Source: Pelomyxa schiedti (taxonomy: Eukaryota; Protista; Evosea). From it: 63,766 nt of DNA. The stretch covers positions 1 through 63,766 of the forward strand of contig JAHLWZ010000875.1 in assembly GCA_020536535.1 (NCBI GenBank). Direction: 5' to 3'. Numbering within the stretch: position 1 is the stretch's first letter; every line of letters begins with the position of its first letter. Positions 62,919 through 63,766 of this stretch are shown here, piece by piece. The position numbers were made by a program, and so were the translations under genes. The notes beneath the pieces were generated by a model, which saw only the letters and a list, made by a program, of their open reading frames with translations, was not told the DNA's origin and searched no databases.

Positions 62919-63122
62919 TAGCACCAGCGGCAGAGGAAAAGCATCCATTTAAACCAAGACTAAAAGCCATGTCCCAGATACGTGCAGCACTTCAACTTTT
63001 TCGTCTTTTTTGTGATTGTTTTCTTTCAAAGGGAATCACGAAAACACCGAAAAACAAAAAAGGGTTTTTTCTCCAAAAAACAGAAGGGAAAAAAAAAAGT
63101 CAGACAACTACGCCGTGCGGTG

Positions 63123-63766
63123 ATGAGCACAGAAACCGGTATGTGCCATGACACCGGAACAGAGGAAAACCCTTTTGTTGTTTTTCTCATGTCTCGTTGT
63201 CCTTTACTTTTCACGCCGTGTCCCTCTAACAGTCACATTCAACACAAAACAAAAAACAAAAAACGGCAGGGTCCCCTCTTGATGACACTGTAGGTTCGTC
63301 GTCTCACGCCCACGAGCACCACGGCAGGCATCATCACAGCACTCACCACAGCCACCACCGCCACCACGACTCTGTGCGTATCGGCATCGACAACGACTCC
63401 TCCCATAAGCGGGGGCCGTCGGGCGGAGGCCTGCCCCACGCCTCGCCCGCGGCGACCGAGGCGGTGCGGTCGACGTCGCCGGGCGGCTCGGTGGGCTCCT
63501 CCACGTCGCCGCCGCTGTCCCACTCCCGCTCACCCTCGCACTCCCCCGCGCGCTCCCGCTCGCGCTCCGGGTCCCCGTCCTCGTCCTCCGGCTGCAGCGA
63601 CGCCGAGGACGGCTACGGCCGGCCGTCGCCCCCTCCCAGCCCCTCGCCCACGCCCGGCGGGATGCTGCCGCTGCTGCCCGACGCCGCCGCCAACGCCAAC
63701 ACGCCGCCGCCGCCGGGCCCGGCGCCGACGCCGCCCCTGGGGCTGGCCCCCAAGTCCCCGATGCTC
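63123..63766 (+). CDS. 5' part of a gene with a His/Ser/Pro-rich N-terminus (runs off the window end)
   Basis: MSTETG|SPLDDTVGSSSHAHEHHGRHHH.. stays open to the end of the window, with a phase-1 GT-AG intron. Confidence 0.7.

Noticed and set aside
1-63766. CRISPR arrays, rRNA, complete tRNAs, U12-type introns, or prokaryotic operon structure
   Set aside because: None seen by eye. The introns I examined are GT-AG and lack the U12 5' consensus, and the gene content is eukaryotic.

Overview
This is a compact, intron-rich eukaryotic genome window with about 30 genes, short GT-AG introns and intergenic gaps often under 500 bp. The ORF track therefore shows exon fragments, and I rebuilt the gene models by hand from splice signals and reading phase. 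Several genes point to an amoebozoan (inference; an archamoeba such as Pelomyxa fits, but cannot be confirmed from sequence): a Dictyostelium-type STAT, an ankyrin-BTB-bromodomain-ET protein, a TupA/Tup1 corepressor and a DRP5/Dlp-type dynamin. No rRNA, complete tRNA or CRISPR array was found. The most notable items are: (1) an intronless viperin (radical-SAM antiviral enzyme) ending in a C-terminal Trp; (2) a SAM + UBA-like + Rac fusion with a G12N-type P-loop; (3) an ADP-ribosyltransferase-like domain that has lost its catalytic residues, fused to an E2/UBC domain; (4) an F-box + pseudo-Arf fusion; (5) a Ras with G12 and G60/Q61 substituted; (6) a STAT whose spliced N-terminal exon has no in-frame ATG; (7) a ricin-B lectin domain inserted inside a GH2 C-terminal domain; and (8) highly structured non-coding segments at about 55.35-56.0 kb. 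All family assignments come from motif recognition and recall, not database searches. Gene ends marked approximate are uncertain.
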